NCBI GenBank assembly: GCA_040954595.2
Contig: CM082576.2
Span: forward strand, 7,815,129-7,879,128
Direction: 5' to 3'
Length of the DNA: 64,000 nt
DNA from: Balanoglossus misakiensis
Lineage: Eukaryota > Animalia > Hemichordata
The first letter of the stretch is position 1; every line of letters starts with the position of its first letter. The notes below the pieces were generated by a model. That model did no database searches and had not been told where the DNA came from. It saw nothing but the letters and a program-made list of their open reading frames with translations. Of the stretch, positions 14,660 through 28,456 are shown piece by piece. The position numbers and the translations under genes are program-made.

Positions 14660-14805
14660 GAGAAAAGAGGAAAAAACACATCCGCCTTGATATTAATTTC
14701 ACTCAACATTCCACTGCAATTGTGTGAGGAAGCAGCAAAAATATCCACCGATTGAATCCGATGGCGAGATCGGATTGCGTGTTCCCCGTCTACATATAGG
14801 TAAGT
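14660..14805 (+). mobile_element. Possible decayed 3' end of an RTE-clade LINE
   Basis: With one frameshift and one stop it reads IRLDIN/SLNIPLQLCEEAAKISTD*IRWRDRIAC. This resembles the C-terminal 'I..DL..L.I....WEE.A.DR..WR' pattern of RTE-like ORF2. Pattern recognition only. Confidence 0.3.
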
Positions 14806-17800
14806 CGGAGAGAAATGCAAGATTTACTCAACACTATCATGTTGAAATTGACGTTCTTTTTATCCGGACCAGCAAAGTGCATCGTTTCATTATTTCGACG
14901 CATAAATCCATCATTGTGCGGAAAAACATCACAAATTCGGCTAAACATGGCTACATCCAACAGGTCATATCATGATCCGCACAAAAATGATCCGAGGGAG
15001 TCTGTGTCCGGAATGAAGATGTGCATACTTATGAGCAAATAGATTTTATCATTTTGTTCACTGGCAGTGCATGGAAATAAAGTCCATCTTAGTCACGTTT
15101 GTAATTTTTTTGACTGTGATGGCAAAACGTGCCGTCATGAAATGCCAGCATGGCCGAATCATAGAGAGACCGTTATGCAACTTCCATTGATTTCAGATTT
15201 TCAGTGGATGGCACACGCGAAAAAAAGCGCCGCGAGATGATCTTTAGAACATTCAATACGCCATTTTGCCACTTATGGATATGTGTAAATTGGAGGTGAC
15301 CGTGTATCTTTAAAAAGTAGAATTTGTTCTCTGACAGACGGGCAGCCAATAACGGTCGTCAAATGCAACAGAAGGACCATAGCACATTCTCTCCAACATT
15401 GTGTTCACATGTTTCAAATCGCTTTCACTTTTCTTATCGTGGAGGTACTGTATTGGAGAAGCTTTTGTGACATTGACAATGATCGGGCTGTGATTGAATA
15501 ATTCTTAATTAATAAGAACTCGTAATAACTATCTTGGTAATTTTTTCATAATTTAATTTGTGGTGTTAGTTGCCGATGAAAAATCTGCAGATGCAATACT
15601 ACAATTATGTATAGAGTTCGTCGTGACATTATTATGTATGTGACTTTTAATGACTGAACGGAAATTCCGCCATCTATAAATATACTTGACCTTCTGGCGG
15701 TATTATTTGACTTTCACATTAATCGGAGTTTGACGGTTTGTCAAGTGTGTACTATCTGCGACCGTGGCCGCGATTTAAACCTGACCGTGACCTTAACAGA
15801 TTTGGCGCCATAATTGTGTCAAGTGGGGGCGTTCCACGCTCCTCTCCACTATCGACAATTAACAACTCCAGATGCGTTCTTCTTGCGGAAAATTCTGACC
15901 CTCCCCTCTAACAATTTCAGACCACTGCCCTGACGACCGGATGCAACGTTGCGCGTCCTGATTTCGAAGGCAGTGCATGCAGCATAAAAAGCTTAGTGGG
16001 GGCATTGATCAGTTACTCGGAAAAAACATCATTGCTGGAAAATCCAACAATCCCTGCCAAACGGGTCCTGAAACTCTGTACCGGAACCACTGTCCGATTG
16101 GATTCATCTTCACGGTCGCAAACGGAGGAAAACAGGCACTGAACAAAAGAAACTCAAACTTTGCTACTGGCGGCGCATTTTCACAATGGCGCAAGCATGA
16201 CCGAGTACCAGGCATGGAAGATTTCCAGTGGACGAGGTCATTTGAACGAGGGTCACGGGAAATGTACTGGCTTCGTAGAAGTCATTTATAATCGATCGGC
16301 GACAAAGAGTTACCTGGGAATGAAATAATTTAGTTGATGTTTACTGGTAATGCATTTTAAAAGCTGCATGTAGTGGGACATCAGTGGGAAATGTGGAAAC
16401 TCGTGTGGTGGTGTTATGATGGCACTACAGTTATTCGTTACCGCTGAGTGTTGGACAGTCCCAGTAACAGACTTCGGAAACAAAACTGTTTTCTTCCAAT
16501 ATTAGACAGTTGCAAATTTTACGGTTACATTTAAATTTATAACGCGATAAAAGCGCTGGCCCAGGAGAAAACACGATAGATGGCATTAGGTTTTGTTCAA
16601 GTTCGTGGTAGGTTCGACGCAAAGAACCTCCCTTTCACTATTGCATTGACCTTCACATGAAAAACAAGGCGTTGGTTCGTGTCAACAACACCTGGCCAAT
16701 TGTTATCTCGTCATCAGCATTTTGCCACGGTCCCTTCATTAGGACTTGTCAAAAAACATGCACATTGAATACTTGTATCTGGTCTATTACATCCCAGACA
16801 TAAGCAGCAGTAAAGGATAACGTTCCCTGTATGCATATTCTGGGTTTTTCAACTTCAGGCCAATATTCCGAGGTTGGGAAGTTGTCTATTGTATCGGGGA
16901 TAATGAGGTACTTCGAAAACAATGAGATTGGCGAAAGGTTCGAAGCACAGTAGACTATACTAAGAAATATCGCCGCCTAAGACTTCTCCGAATAGGGCGT
17001 ACGATTCCGTGTATTTTGATATCGCTGCACAGTTTAAAGCGTCGACGATTGAATATGTCATTATTTGCGACAAAGTCCGCGGAGCGCACGCACTGTTAGT
17101 TGATTACGCGCAACGTAAGTTAATGTAAAGATTGGTAAGCTTAAAGCTGAATATGTATCGGCGACGATAAAAAGTACATAATTGTACTTTCTGCTATATT
17201 GTAACTAACGTTGACTCAATTTGTGTCCACCTTTATTGCAGTTTTTGTTTTGCGGAATGGGCTAATGCAAGGTGGAGCACAGAAACAAGGCGATTTTGAT
17301 TTTTTGGACCAAGGGCTTCAAGAAATCTCACAATTGCAATAGTTTCTGCATGGAAGTCCGAAATTTGTTCAAAAAGTAAGTTTCAATAATTTTTGTTCTG
17401 TCATGAAAACAGACGTCACTAATAATATATTTCTCATCAGCTTTCGTTTTGGTCTGGTCTGCAAAATCAAGTTGGCAGGCTCGTTAATGCGATGGCTAAC
17501 ATAAACTTCAGTCATGCTTTTCCAACATACAAAGGCGAAAATTCTTCTTTTTGTTTATTTACAGGCTTTTTATTAGTGTTTATTTTTTGCTATTTTTATT
17601 ATAGTCACGAGGAAAACACTCGTATATATTTCTATTTGTCTGTGGTTCAGCGTAGTCGCTGTCAAAATATGTAAGATTTTTTTTAGCTGACTGACATGGA
17701 CAACGTTACACGTGTCTAAAAATGAAGCAACCGCTGGTGACGTCACTCAACAAAAATTCGTTTAAACTTGAGAGTCGTGCTTTCATTATAGCCAGTGTAT

Positions 17801-18277
17801 ACAAAGAAAAGCTTTGATAACACAATTGAAATGCACTACTGGGGCAGTTTCTAAGGTTTTGCTCGCGTGCTGTGTGTAGGTTTAACTAATTTACAATGCC
17901 ACCAAATTACTTTCCCAGGGTAGCCACATCAAGCTTTCACTTCGTGCTTCCTTGTTTGGCGCGATTTGTTGCTATGACGACTGTCTCACTCTGAGTGACG
18001 TGCCGCCATCTTACTTTGTTCCAACTAACAGCAGAACGTCATGTCAGAAATCGATTGGTCTATTTCAGTCAAAGGTCGTCGACCTTCAGAAATATCATCA
18101 ATCATACAAATTCTGATTTCATTACAATTGGAACATACCTGTTTAATGGTATTATTAGCAAGGGCACATATATAATAAATAACAAACTTTGTGTAAACAG
18201 CAGTTTTCAGGAAATAATCTTAAAAACCTGATTTAGGTCACCTAACTCAGAACCTGCATGCTAAAATTAAACCTATC

Positions 18278-18278
18278 T

Positions 18279-18310
<32 letters not shown>
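18278..18310. repeat. (GACA)n microsatellite
   Basis: About 8 GACA units are visible. Confidence 0.9.
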
Positions 18311-19028
18311 GCTGCTACATGTACAGCAAGCCATATAATATATAATATATCATATATGGTTATGAAAACTAAAAATAACCCTTAGTCAGTTTACACCACA
18401 TTGTGTGTACTAGTAAAAATCTTTGAAACCACAACAACATTGTAGAACAAAGCTTGGTGTCATCTGCTGTTTTAAACCTTTCCTATATTATTTCCAGGTA
18501 TTAGTAACCTATTTCATCATCACTGTTGCGCAGTTTTATTGATTTCATAGCAAAAACAAACCGTTAAGGGCCAAAAACGCAATACACATATATACGAAGA
18601 AACGAAACTGCCATGATGGGTACACAGGATGATACTGAATACATAACGCAAACATAAATATTAACGATATGTGTGGATCATTAAACGTGTGCGGCGGGCA
18701 CTGAACGAGCCTCTGTGTTTGTACGGCGCGGCGGATAAAGTGCTCGCCACACGATGATGAAAGACCAACGCATCGCAACATTAAAGTTTAAATAGTCCGA
18801 GCGTTTGCTGGGTATTCAGGGGGATTGCTAAAATGTTTTCTTTACTGGATACTGAATAAAAATGCTCAGTGAGATGTATAACATTGTTTTCGAATAAAAT
18901 GTTGCTGAGACATATATGCGTATTTCTGAAACCAAGTGTTGTTCGTTCTATCTCGTCTGAGCGAACCGGGAACATCTCGGGAGTAGGGAGGTATGCTGGG
19001 ATAGAGGGTCACAGAAAAGCAAGGTTTC

Positions 19029-19360
19029 TGACGTCACTTTGTGGATGGAAAGTATGCAAAATATTTGGGGCCTAAATTACTAGCCCATAGCGCCCCTTCA
19101 GCAAATCCACTCTGATTTCTTTGTCGATGAAACTGTGCAGTTGTAACCGGTCACCTGAGAAACAATAATTTCAGAATCCTATAGATTTTCCCAAATTTAA
19201 ACGGTTCATCCCAAAATAGCCATTTTATCAATGCTCGGCGGTGAAATTTTGGGGGGAAATATCATCCGATGTCATAAAGAAAATTTGCCGACTTGGGATG
19301 TACTTCCGGAGTTTGCCGCCAAAAAACTTCCCGGAACGTCACTGTAAATGATATCAGTAC
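19029..19360 (+). promoter_or_regulatory. Candidate proximal regulatory region of bZIP gene 1
   Basis: Full CRE TGACGTCA at 19029, ETS-like ACTTCCGG near 19302, STAT-like TTCCCGGAA near 19328, half-CRE ACGTCA near 19336 and Inr-like TCAGT near 19354. All lie upstream of the splice acceptor at 19584. Confidence 0.4.
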
Positions 19361-19596
19361 GAGTGAACGTTGCTTGACGTGTTTCATTGTTTTTTTTAGG
19401 TCCGTCGTTTTGAATTTTTCGCTCTTCGAGAAAATAGTATTTGAGCCAGGTTATCCACCAAAATATCCACAAATAAGAAAGAATTTGTTAGTTCTGATTT
19501 CAAAGTTTGGTGTCCAGCGTTGAGTCGACACTTACACGCATCAGACTAATAATTCTTTTGCTAAACACTTCTTTCATTCTTCAGGAGCAAGTTTAA

Positions 19597-19866
19597 ATGG
19601 ATGATAGTATATTTTCACTGTTCGGAGTTTCATTCCAAGAACAAGAAGAAGCGTGTGAACCAACAAACGAACACGATGTACAGCGAGACGCCGTGACGGC
19701 GGCGGCGTCGTCTTCGTCCTGGACGAGCAGCAGTGCACATGCGCTGTCTTTGTCGTCCGTTGCCGTTAGAGAGGTCGGACTCGGCGAGACGATCCGAACC
19801 AAAAGAACAGCTCAGGGATTACCTAAACTCGGAAACGTAGATTTTTTCGAAGCAAAAGAAACACAG
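19597..19866 (+). CDS. bZIP gene 1 (ATF3/BATF-like, about 201 aa), coding exon 1
   Basis: Acceptor TTCTTCAG|GAGC at 19584/5, ATG at 19597 and donor CAG|GTGAGT at 19866/7; 90 codons. It contains VREVGLGETIRTKRTAQGLPKL, a diverged form of the motif in genes 2 and 4. Confidence 0.8.
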
Positions 19867-20925
19867 GTGAGTATATTCAATCGTTTCCCTCACAGCGTCT
19901 ACGCAATGCCATTTCGTGGCTTTATTGGGTCGAACGCCATGCGCTAGACCAGCTGTGTTATGATCCCACAGCTCGGAGGGAGTTCATAATCACCATGTCC
20001 GGCGTTTTTGTGAGCGTTGAATAGAATGATTTGATGTTATCGATGGTTTGGCTAAATCACGTTCAGTGGTCTTGGCACGGTTCAAGAAAAGCTCTTACTA
20101 GTAACACATATCGACTCATTAATTATATACATTTCATCCGTTAGGTCTCATGCTATGGCCAGTCCGGCTTCGCCACCACGAAGCGTGACCGTGACTCGAG
20201 TAGAGAAAACCAACCAAACAACAAACAAACAAACAAAATAATCAACTAAACAATAACCTACATAACTAATAATAACAGTTTAATAACTTTTTGGCAAATC
20301 TGAAACTCTACAGATGGTGCAATATGAGGTTCCTGTTTTCAAAGCACCGAAAGCGAGAATTTAGTTTCCCTAAATTCAACCGACCTCTCGCTTCCCAATA
20401 ACACTACAAAACACTGCACAGCGGTGAGAGTCCAATCGGTCTTTTCAACTTTGTTGCTTTGTATGTTGCTTTTTGCACCTGCGCGTTTGCCGAAGAATTC
20501 TCACACTACAAACTCGGGTTTACTTCTGGTTTTGACAAGTTCCAAAAAATCACATCAAGCAGTGACAATTGTACATGTTCCCCTTTCGTACACACTCTAT
20601 TTTGGCCAAAACTCCAGAGTGGTGACGACTTGAGGGGCCCTTCAAATGATGATTAAAACAGGCGCACGACACAAACAAAATTGAGTGCGTTTGACCTCAA
20701 ACCCATTCCCAATTTAACAGCACTGTGAAAATACAGACTGGTAAGTTTTATGCTTCCAGTACGTATATCTGTGCAACTGTAGAGAGGGAGGGTGTCGGTG
20801 CATCGCCGCTGTATTAATCTGCAGTAACAGCCCAATTTTGACACCACCAAGACAACTTATGTTGCGGCTATTTGTTTGACGTCAGTGAAAATACCTGACG
20901 ACAAACCGATATGATATTTTTGCAG

Positions 20926-21069
20926 TCACCCAGCGACGATGACGACGACGACAACGACGGAGACGATGACGAAACCGAGGAGAAGAAGCGGATACGGAGG
21001 GAACGCAACAGAATGGCGGCGACCAGGAGCAGAGGAAAGAAAAAAGAACGAGTCGATAAACTTGTCAAG
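20926..21069 (+). CDS. bZIP gene 1, exon 2 (acidic tract plus basic region)
   Basis: TTTTTGCAG|TCA ... AAG|GTAACT; 48 codons. Reads SPSDDDDDDNDGDDDETEEKKRIRRERNRMAATRSRGKKKERVDKLVK, with the bZIP N-x7-R signature. Confidence 0.92.
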
Positions 21070-21954
21070 GTAACTGTCGCTTGTCAGCTTTTCAGAGTCA
21101 GAAAATAGATCTCTGAGATAGAAAGTCTTTACATGCAAAATTCTACAAGAGCACAAAAGATTGCATCGGAATTATTTACTGAAGGGTGCAATGCACCCAA
21201 AATTTGAAATGTTCATGTGTGGTTTTTATAATATTAAATTTATACCAAAATCATGCAGTTGTGTAACCAATCGATGGGATACAGTGAAATAAAGGTAACG
21301 GCGCTCTTTCCTAGATATCAAGAAACGTCAAAAATTCGGCGGGCCATTTCGTGCGGGTCTAATACTTTCGGGACAGGTGACGTGTCCTGGGCAGGAAAGT
21401 GCTTCGCTCAAAGACACAGCATCGCACCCACACGTTGTTCCGAACTCCCAACAACTTACCATGAAATGTGCCTTTCCGATGATATTAATATCCAAAAGGT
21501 CGGTTGAATCAGGCGATCACACCTGTCAGTGGGCCACGCATGTTCGCTCAGAAAGTCCCGAGTTCAGTGCACCCTACCAAGATCTGCTGTCCATCGATCT
21601 GATACAATGGAGGAGCATGCTGCCATTACTCAAGAAGCATTTCCTCGGAAAATGCTTTTGGGGAGTTATGTCGGAAAAGAGAACAAAGTTGCCGAAATCG
21701 ACGTGAATAATTATAGATACGAGATCATGTCAAACGACAGCATGTCAATAAAATTCAATTCCGCAATTTGAATACAACCAGCCCCCGCGAGGTTTGGGCC
21801 CCAGGCGGAAGAAAAGTATTTTTTGTAAGCGTGAAAACAACCCTCTCAATTGTCAGATACGATACGCACCAGTCGGACAAATATCATATCGACACACGAA
21901 AAGTGTTCGTTTGTAACATTTGTTAAGTGTATAATTTTATTTTTCTTCTGAAAG

Positions 21955-22146
21955 GAAATCGACAAACTGGAAAGCGACAACTACCAACTCAGGACGGAAC
22001 TCCGGAAACTTGATCAAGAGAAAAAGAGACTGTCCCTGACCCTGCAAATCCACGAGATGAAATGCCCGCGCAGGGTCACCACCGTAGCAGACAGAAAACA
22101 CAGCGACGACCGGGGAAGCTGTGGAGGAACAGTGATTTTGCCCTAG
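21955..22146 (+). CDS. bZIP gene 1, exon 3 (leucine zipper)
   Basis: Polypyrimidine tract then AAG|GAA. Reads EIDKLESDNYQLRTELRKLDQEKKRLSLTLQIHEMKC...LP*, with heptad leucines in register with exon 2 and the Fos/ATF3 HxxxC end motif. AATAAA at 22414. Confidence 0.92.
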   Translation, partial: EIDKLESDNYQLRTELRKLDQEKKRLSLTLQIHEMKCPRRVTTVADRKHSDDRGSCGGTVILP

Positions 22147-25049
22147 ACAACGCGGCGGTGCCATCTCTCATTTACTCATCACTCAACAAGGTTTCAGTGT
22201 CTCGCTGGGATGCTGACCCGCTAACGATGCAATTTGATATTTTCATCCGATATTATTTTTATGTTTTTTTTCTGTCATCCGCAATCTGATGTTCTGCAAT
22301 TTGGATGACAGAAACGACGCTCAAAAACTGCGTGGGTCTTATCACCTATACACAAACATACGATTGGAACTATTCTGTGATTATAAGATATAGGCCAATA
22401 GAAATATCATATAAATAAACTTCTTTCTATATGAAGTTACATTGAAACTTTAAAAAATGTTTGTTTTTCAGTAAAAAATTAGAATTGCAGTTTTATGCAA
22501 AAACAACCAAGAAGTAAAGTGTAACTACTGTAGGCTATTTTCAAACTCTTGTTATCACAAAAGTTCCAAACGTGTTTACTATGTACTCGACAAGGAAGAG
22601 CGTTCGTGTTATTTATATTTAACTTTTTCTGCGTCTAAAAAAGAGGTCAGTTTCGATATTTAGAATAGCTTCATTGTTTATTTTGTTTGCTTTGCTTGTC
22701 GGACTTCAAAGTTGCACAAATGTCGTGGTACAGTTCGTGTTGATACAGTGCTCGCTCTGATTAATTGACCAGTTGTGGCGTGTGGGTGTTTGTGACATCC
22801 TGCAATTACAAATAGCCACGAGTTTAAATTTGAGGAAGGCTAACTTCTCGTTCACGATCGCATAATAAAACACAATACGAATTTTTGGTGGTCACGTGAC
22901 AGCAAAAGCTTCAGTATCTACCCACGGCAGAGCACCCACAAATTCAGCATATACATGTACCATTGTTCCGTCCCACTTCTTTTGAGATGACACGCGCAAT
23001 ACTCTCAGGTACAATTCCAGACTGTTTTTCGAGCATCGATTTACTAGAGTTGCATGCAATTCCATCAGCAGCCGCGCAATGTTAAAATAGAAATTTGTCA
23101 AGTTGTGTACGTCTTATGTCAAACTGAATGTTATTCCAAATAAAATACCATTCCTGACATTCTCAAAGCGAATATGTTAACCGCAATTATAGATAATAAT
23201 GTCCTGTTTTTCTTCTTCTTTTTGCATCATAATGCATCGTGAAATGCACATCGGTCAAATCCTAAAAGTAGTAAATTACCCTTCCGTGTGATCAGACAGG
23301 GAATCTTGATTGACTGTTTGTAATCTAGATTGATATGACTGTTATACCAAATTATGCCGGCTAAATGTTGCCCACACTTCTACCTGTGACATAGATGCGA
23401 ATGCATGTCGATATAAGGTAAGCTGTGCATAACATACGTCCCTTTAATGGGAAGTACAAAATACAGGGCTCACCGTTGTGTGGCGTCAAACAGCACAAAC
23501 ATACTTCATATATTGAAATGATGGTAAACAAACCGAAACCGTATATGGTAATCGGCTTGCAGATACTCGGAAATGCAGGCAATTCTCATTACACCTGTTT
23601 ACTTCACACCTTACGTATCCAAGTTGATGAATGGCCCAGAAGACAAAGGAGTAAAATTAAAGAAGTTGTTCTTAAAATGAAATAAAATTCACTTCTGATA
23701 AAGAGGGATTAAGCGAAAGACCGGCCTGTGCGAATTCTAGGAATGATGACGTCATTGTAACTAAAAGGGCTCTGACCCGAGTCACGCTTCAAAGTCTGTT
23801 GGTAAATTGTGTAGCATACCGCAAAACCGCAAGGTCGCAGGGTGACGCATATAATCGCACTCTGTACGCGGCATAGGCCGAGATCTCTCCAGAATTTGGC
23901 ATCACTTACCTCCGTCTCCTGTCGACCTATAGACACAGTCATAACGTGTTCGGCGTCGGCGTCATTCGTGGGGCGAGGTCACGACTTGCACTCCTAAACG
24001 ACCGGTCTGAATTTGCTAACTGGTCGGTTGTAAGCGCAACCCCCGGCTACCTGCACACCAGATATGCACTTAAGAGGTCAGCATGACCGCAGTCGCTCAA
24101 CAGTGATTGTCCAGTAACGTGACGTCGACCGTGGCAGGGCGTAGGCAAGCCATTTCTCATCATACGACAGTAACGGTGACGTGTCGTCTCAGGCAAAATG
24201 GCGTCCATGTCAGGCTCCTCCGCTCAATAAAAACCTCGGTTACGGTTCTCGGAAGCAAGACGAAACGAAAACATCGGTCCACGCCGTTGCTTTTCTCCGT
24301 ATACGACTGCGATTTGCTTTTGTGTGACAGGTACGGCGAACTCGCGTGAAAACAATGAACGGAAGAATTTGCAGACAGTTCAGACATTGTTGTTGAACAA
24401 TCCCAGGTGCCAGAGGTCTGAACTGGAGATCTCCCCACAGCGGTCCACGTCCCACGCGTTCATGACGCAAGCTTTTGAAAATAAGTAATTTATGAAAGCA
24501 TCACATAAACTCAATCCCAAATCGACTTTATTGCCAATCATTTACATTTACCAGAAAATAACTAAGATATAGTAATAAAACGAGCACCCTTCGTGAAAAC
24601 TAGTGCAGAATAAAATCTTAATTAATACCGGTGCAATAAATGGTTCACACTGTGCGCTTACCAAAGATTTTGAGTGATTTAGACAGTTTCGTGAGAGTAT
24701 GATAAATGAAGCAACACTTTTACGATTAGCCATTTTTCTCAGCAATGAACTCAAATGATTTAACTTCTGACGTCACAGGTTTGTGCGCACCCAGTACTGC
24801 AAGTAACAAAGGTAGCAGTGTCGATGTATATTGTAAACAGCTGATCTAGAGGTGTTAGTCCATGGGCCAGGACCCGATTTTTCATAAATTGGTATCAGAA
24901 AGATGGACAAAGCCTCACATAGATTATTGGAAAGGCCTATATCTCTAGATTATAAATTGGGGTGATAGCCCTGCCTATCGAGTAGCTTTCTGCATTTTTT
25001 CCCTCAAAAACTAATGTAAGAACCTAAAAATTTCCGACCCAAATTTTGG

Positions 25050-26437
25050 GGGTAGGGGAACTTTAAATTGCTGTAACTCCAGCAAAACTAAAGCCAGAAC
25101 AGTCATTTACCACTCAAATTGTGTGTTTTTTAGAACTCTACCAAAATAATATATTTTGGTGGTAATTCGTTTTGAATTGAGGTTAATAGAGGTCAAAAGG
25201 TCATGAAATTCGGGTCATTCTGAACATTTGTACTATGACTATTTCTTGAACGATTTTTTTGAACTTAAGTCTTCAAATGTCATTTACAAGATAAAATACT
25301 CTCCCAGAATCTATTTCAAACCAATAGAAAACCTTATTATTCATTTATGACCAGAAAAACACAAATAAAGAGAAACGACAGAAAGACATCCAATTTTCCA
25401 CTCAGATTTAAGGGTAGGGGAAACTTAAGTACTTGTAACTCCGGCAAAAATAAACCCAGAACAGTCATCTACCACTCAAATTGTGTGTTTTTTAGAACTC
25501 TACCAATATAATATATTTTGGTGGTAATTCGTTTTGAATTAAGGCCAATAGAGGTCAAAAGGTCATGAAATTTGGGTCATTCTGAACATTTGTACTATGA
25601 CTATTTCTTGAACGATTTTTTTGAACTTAAGTCTTTAAATGTCATTTAGAAGATAAAATACTCTCCCAGAATCTATTTCAAACCAATAGAAAACCTTATT
25701 ATTCATTTATGACCAGAAAAACACAAATAAAGAGAAACGACAGAAAGACATCCAATTTTCCACTCAGATTTAAGGGTAGGGGAAACTTAAGTTCTTGTAA
25801 CTCCGGCAAAAATAAACCCAGAACAGTCATCTACCACTCAAATTGTGTGTTTTTTAGAACTCTACCAATATAATATATTTTGGTGGTAATTCGTTTTGAA
25901 TTAAGGCCAATAGAGGTCAAAAGGTCATGAAATTTGGGTCATTCTGAACATTTGTACTATGACTATTTCTTGAACGATTTTTTTTGAACTTAAGTCTTTA
26001 AATGTCATTTAGAAGATAAAATACTCTCCCAGAATCTATTTCAAACCAATAAAAAACCCTATTATTCAATTACGATCAGAAAAACACAAATACAGAGATA
26101 CGGAAGAATGGCACAAGACTTCAGACCCTGTTATTGGGGTAGTAGTTGTAACTCCGGCAAAAATAAAGCCAGAAAAGTCATCTACCTCTCAAATTGTGTG
26201 TTTTTTAGCACTCTAGCGATTGTATATGTATTTGTTGCAATTTTGTTTTGAATTTAGGTCAAAGAGGTCAAAAGATCACAAGATTTGGGTAATTTCGAAA
26301 AATTATGGTACGAACATTTCCCGCATTAATTTTTTAAACCCAAGTCTTCAAATGTCATTTATGAGATAAAATACTCTACACGATTTTTTTTCAGACCAAT
26401 TGAAGACCTTATTATTCAATTACAATCAGAAAAAAAA
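25050..26437 (+). repeat. Subterminal tandem repeats of about 362 bp in the left arm (4 copies)
   Basis: The GTAACTCC(A/G)GCAAAA anchor recurs near 25073, 25435, 25797 and 26148. Confidence 0.9.
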
Positions 26438-26809
26438 TTAGTAGAGAAACGGGATAATAACAAACAATTTCCCACGGATTTGGGGGTAGGTTTGGCCATC
26501 TAACAGGTAAGTATACACCCAATTGATCATGCACATATGGTGTTTAGGAGAACGGATGTGCAAATTTGTGAACCTTTGCATGCTGCTCATGTGCACTGTA
26601 CTTGTATGATGATTCCTAACAATACTACGAGAAGGGGCCATTATAGCATTGTAGCTCTGATTGTGTATTATTGTTGGATACCATCCTACAGTGTACAGGC
26701 ACAGCAGATGACAAGCCAAGCATAGGTTCAAAAATCTGCTTATTTTTTTTCCTCAACACAATATGAGCATGATCTATTTATATTCAGGTCCAGTATAATA
26801 AATAAAAAA

Positions 26810-27318
26810 ATGGCCTCGTCACTCTACAAGATCACGCCTCCTGGATAACTTTGCTGAATACAGCTAACATACAAAAATACAAACCAATTCAGGACCTCGC
26901 CATTGGTTTGGGCGAAGGTGAAATTCCTCAGGTGCAGTACCATCGGAAATTCGGAAATGCCGAAGTCTCTTTACGATGAAAAAGGCTCTTGAATCTATCC
27001 TTTCTAAAGAGCAGTCGTCATCAACTGAGAGAACCAATACACTGGAACGTAAAAAAGAGGTCGAGCATACAAGGGTCTCGGTGTGATCACATTTGCCTAT
27101 TTTGCTCCACCACCAAGTACATGAAGGGAAGTAGGACAAAAGCTCATTTAGTTCGTTGTCAGCAATTGCGTGCGGACAACACATTAAGGGAGGCAGCAAC
27201 AAAAAAAAACGACAGTAAAATTCGTGCACTTCTCAGTCGTGAGTTGGTTGCTGCTGAGGGTCACTATCATAGAAAGTGTTATAGGGACTATACAAGGCCT
27301 GATATTCAAGCAGCGTAA
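26810..27318 (+). pseudogene. Frameshifted N-terminal transposase fragment (left copy)
   Basis: Contains CDHICLFC...LVRCQQLRADNTLREAATKKNDSKIRALLSRELVAAEGHYHRKCYRDYTRPDIQA. It has a deletion of about 79 bp after the ATG relative to the right copy. Confidence 0.75.
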
Positions 27319-28085
27319 GCAGGATTAGAGCAGATGTGGTGATGATACTTTCATGTGATTGTTTTTCTGCTGCAAGAAGTTCTTTTCAGCATTGTACTTC
27401 AGGTCAACAGTACCTATATCTAGTGAGACGGATATACAAGCACCCTACCATTTACATCATTGTCCCTTTGAATTCCGTATTTAGCGTATGCTGCAAGTTT
27501 TGTTGGTGGAATTGTTAACCTGTTTACCACCAAGTTGGAGCATTTTGGTAACTAACTTGTTTGATAGATCAGTCAGGGGAACTACCTCAGGGTTTGTGAA
27601 CAAATCATTTCTGATAAAAGAAAATAACTCTTCTTGAGCAATTTGCAGGACATCCTCATAACTAGTATCTTGATCATGTTGACTTTCATCAACCTCCATA
27701 TGACTTGAACCTGCTTGAGCAAAATAGGCAAATGTGATCACACCGAGACCCTTGTATGCTCGACCTCTTTTTTACGTTCCAGTGTATTGGTTCCCTCAGT
27801 TGATGACGACTGCTCTTTAGAAAGGATAGATTCAAGAGCCTTTTTCATCGTAAAGAGACTTCGGCATTTCCGATGGTACTGCACCTGACGAATTTCACCT
27901 TCGCCCAAACCAATGGCGAGGTCCTGAATTGGTTTGTATTTTTGTATGTTAGCTGTATTCAGCAAAGTTATCCAGGAGGCATGATCTTGTAGAGTGACGA
28001 GGCTTGCTTTATGGTCGGATTCATGACAGTCGAGAAAACAATCCCGTCGAGCCCTCTTGTGTGGAATAGAAGATGGGTTTGCCAT
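27314..28085 (-). pseudogene. Frameshifted N-terminal transposase fragment (right copy)
   Basis: Reads MANPSSIPHK...VQYHRKCRSLFTMKK, then after an internal deletion QAGSSHMEVDE...LFSFIRNDLFTNPEVVPLTDL, and further fragments such as NGRVLVYP. Confidence 0.72.
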
Positions 28086-28456
28086 TTTTTATTTATTATA
28101 CTGGACCTGAATATAAATAGATCATGCTCATATTGTGTCGAGGGGAAAAAATAAGCAGATTTTTGAACCTTTGCTTGGCTTGTCATCTGCTGTGCCTGTA
28201 CACTGTAGGATGGTATCCAACAATAATACACAATCAGAGCTACAATGCCTTAATGGCCCCTTCTCGTAGTATTGTTAGGAATCATCATACAAGTACAGTG
28301 CACATGAGCAGCATGCAAAGGTTCACAAATTTGCACATCCGTTCTCCTAAACACCATATGTGCATGATCAATTGGGTGTATACTTACCTGTTAGATGGCC
28401 AAACCTACCCCCAAATCCGTGGGAAATTGTTTGTTATTATCCCGTTTCTCTACTAA

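Noticed and set aside
26438-28456. Mirror-image ORFs 26438-26731(-) and 28124-28456(+) as host genes
   Set aside because: Both are antisense readings of the same transposon arm sequence, duplicated by the inverted repeat.
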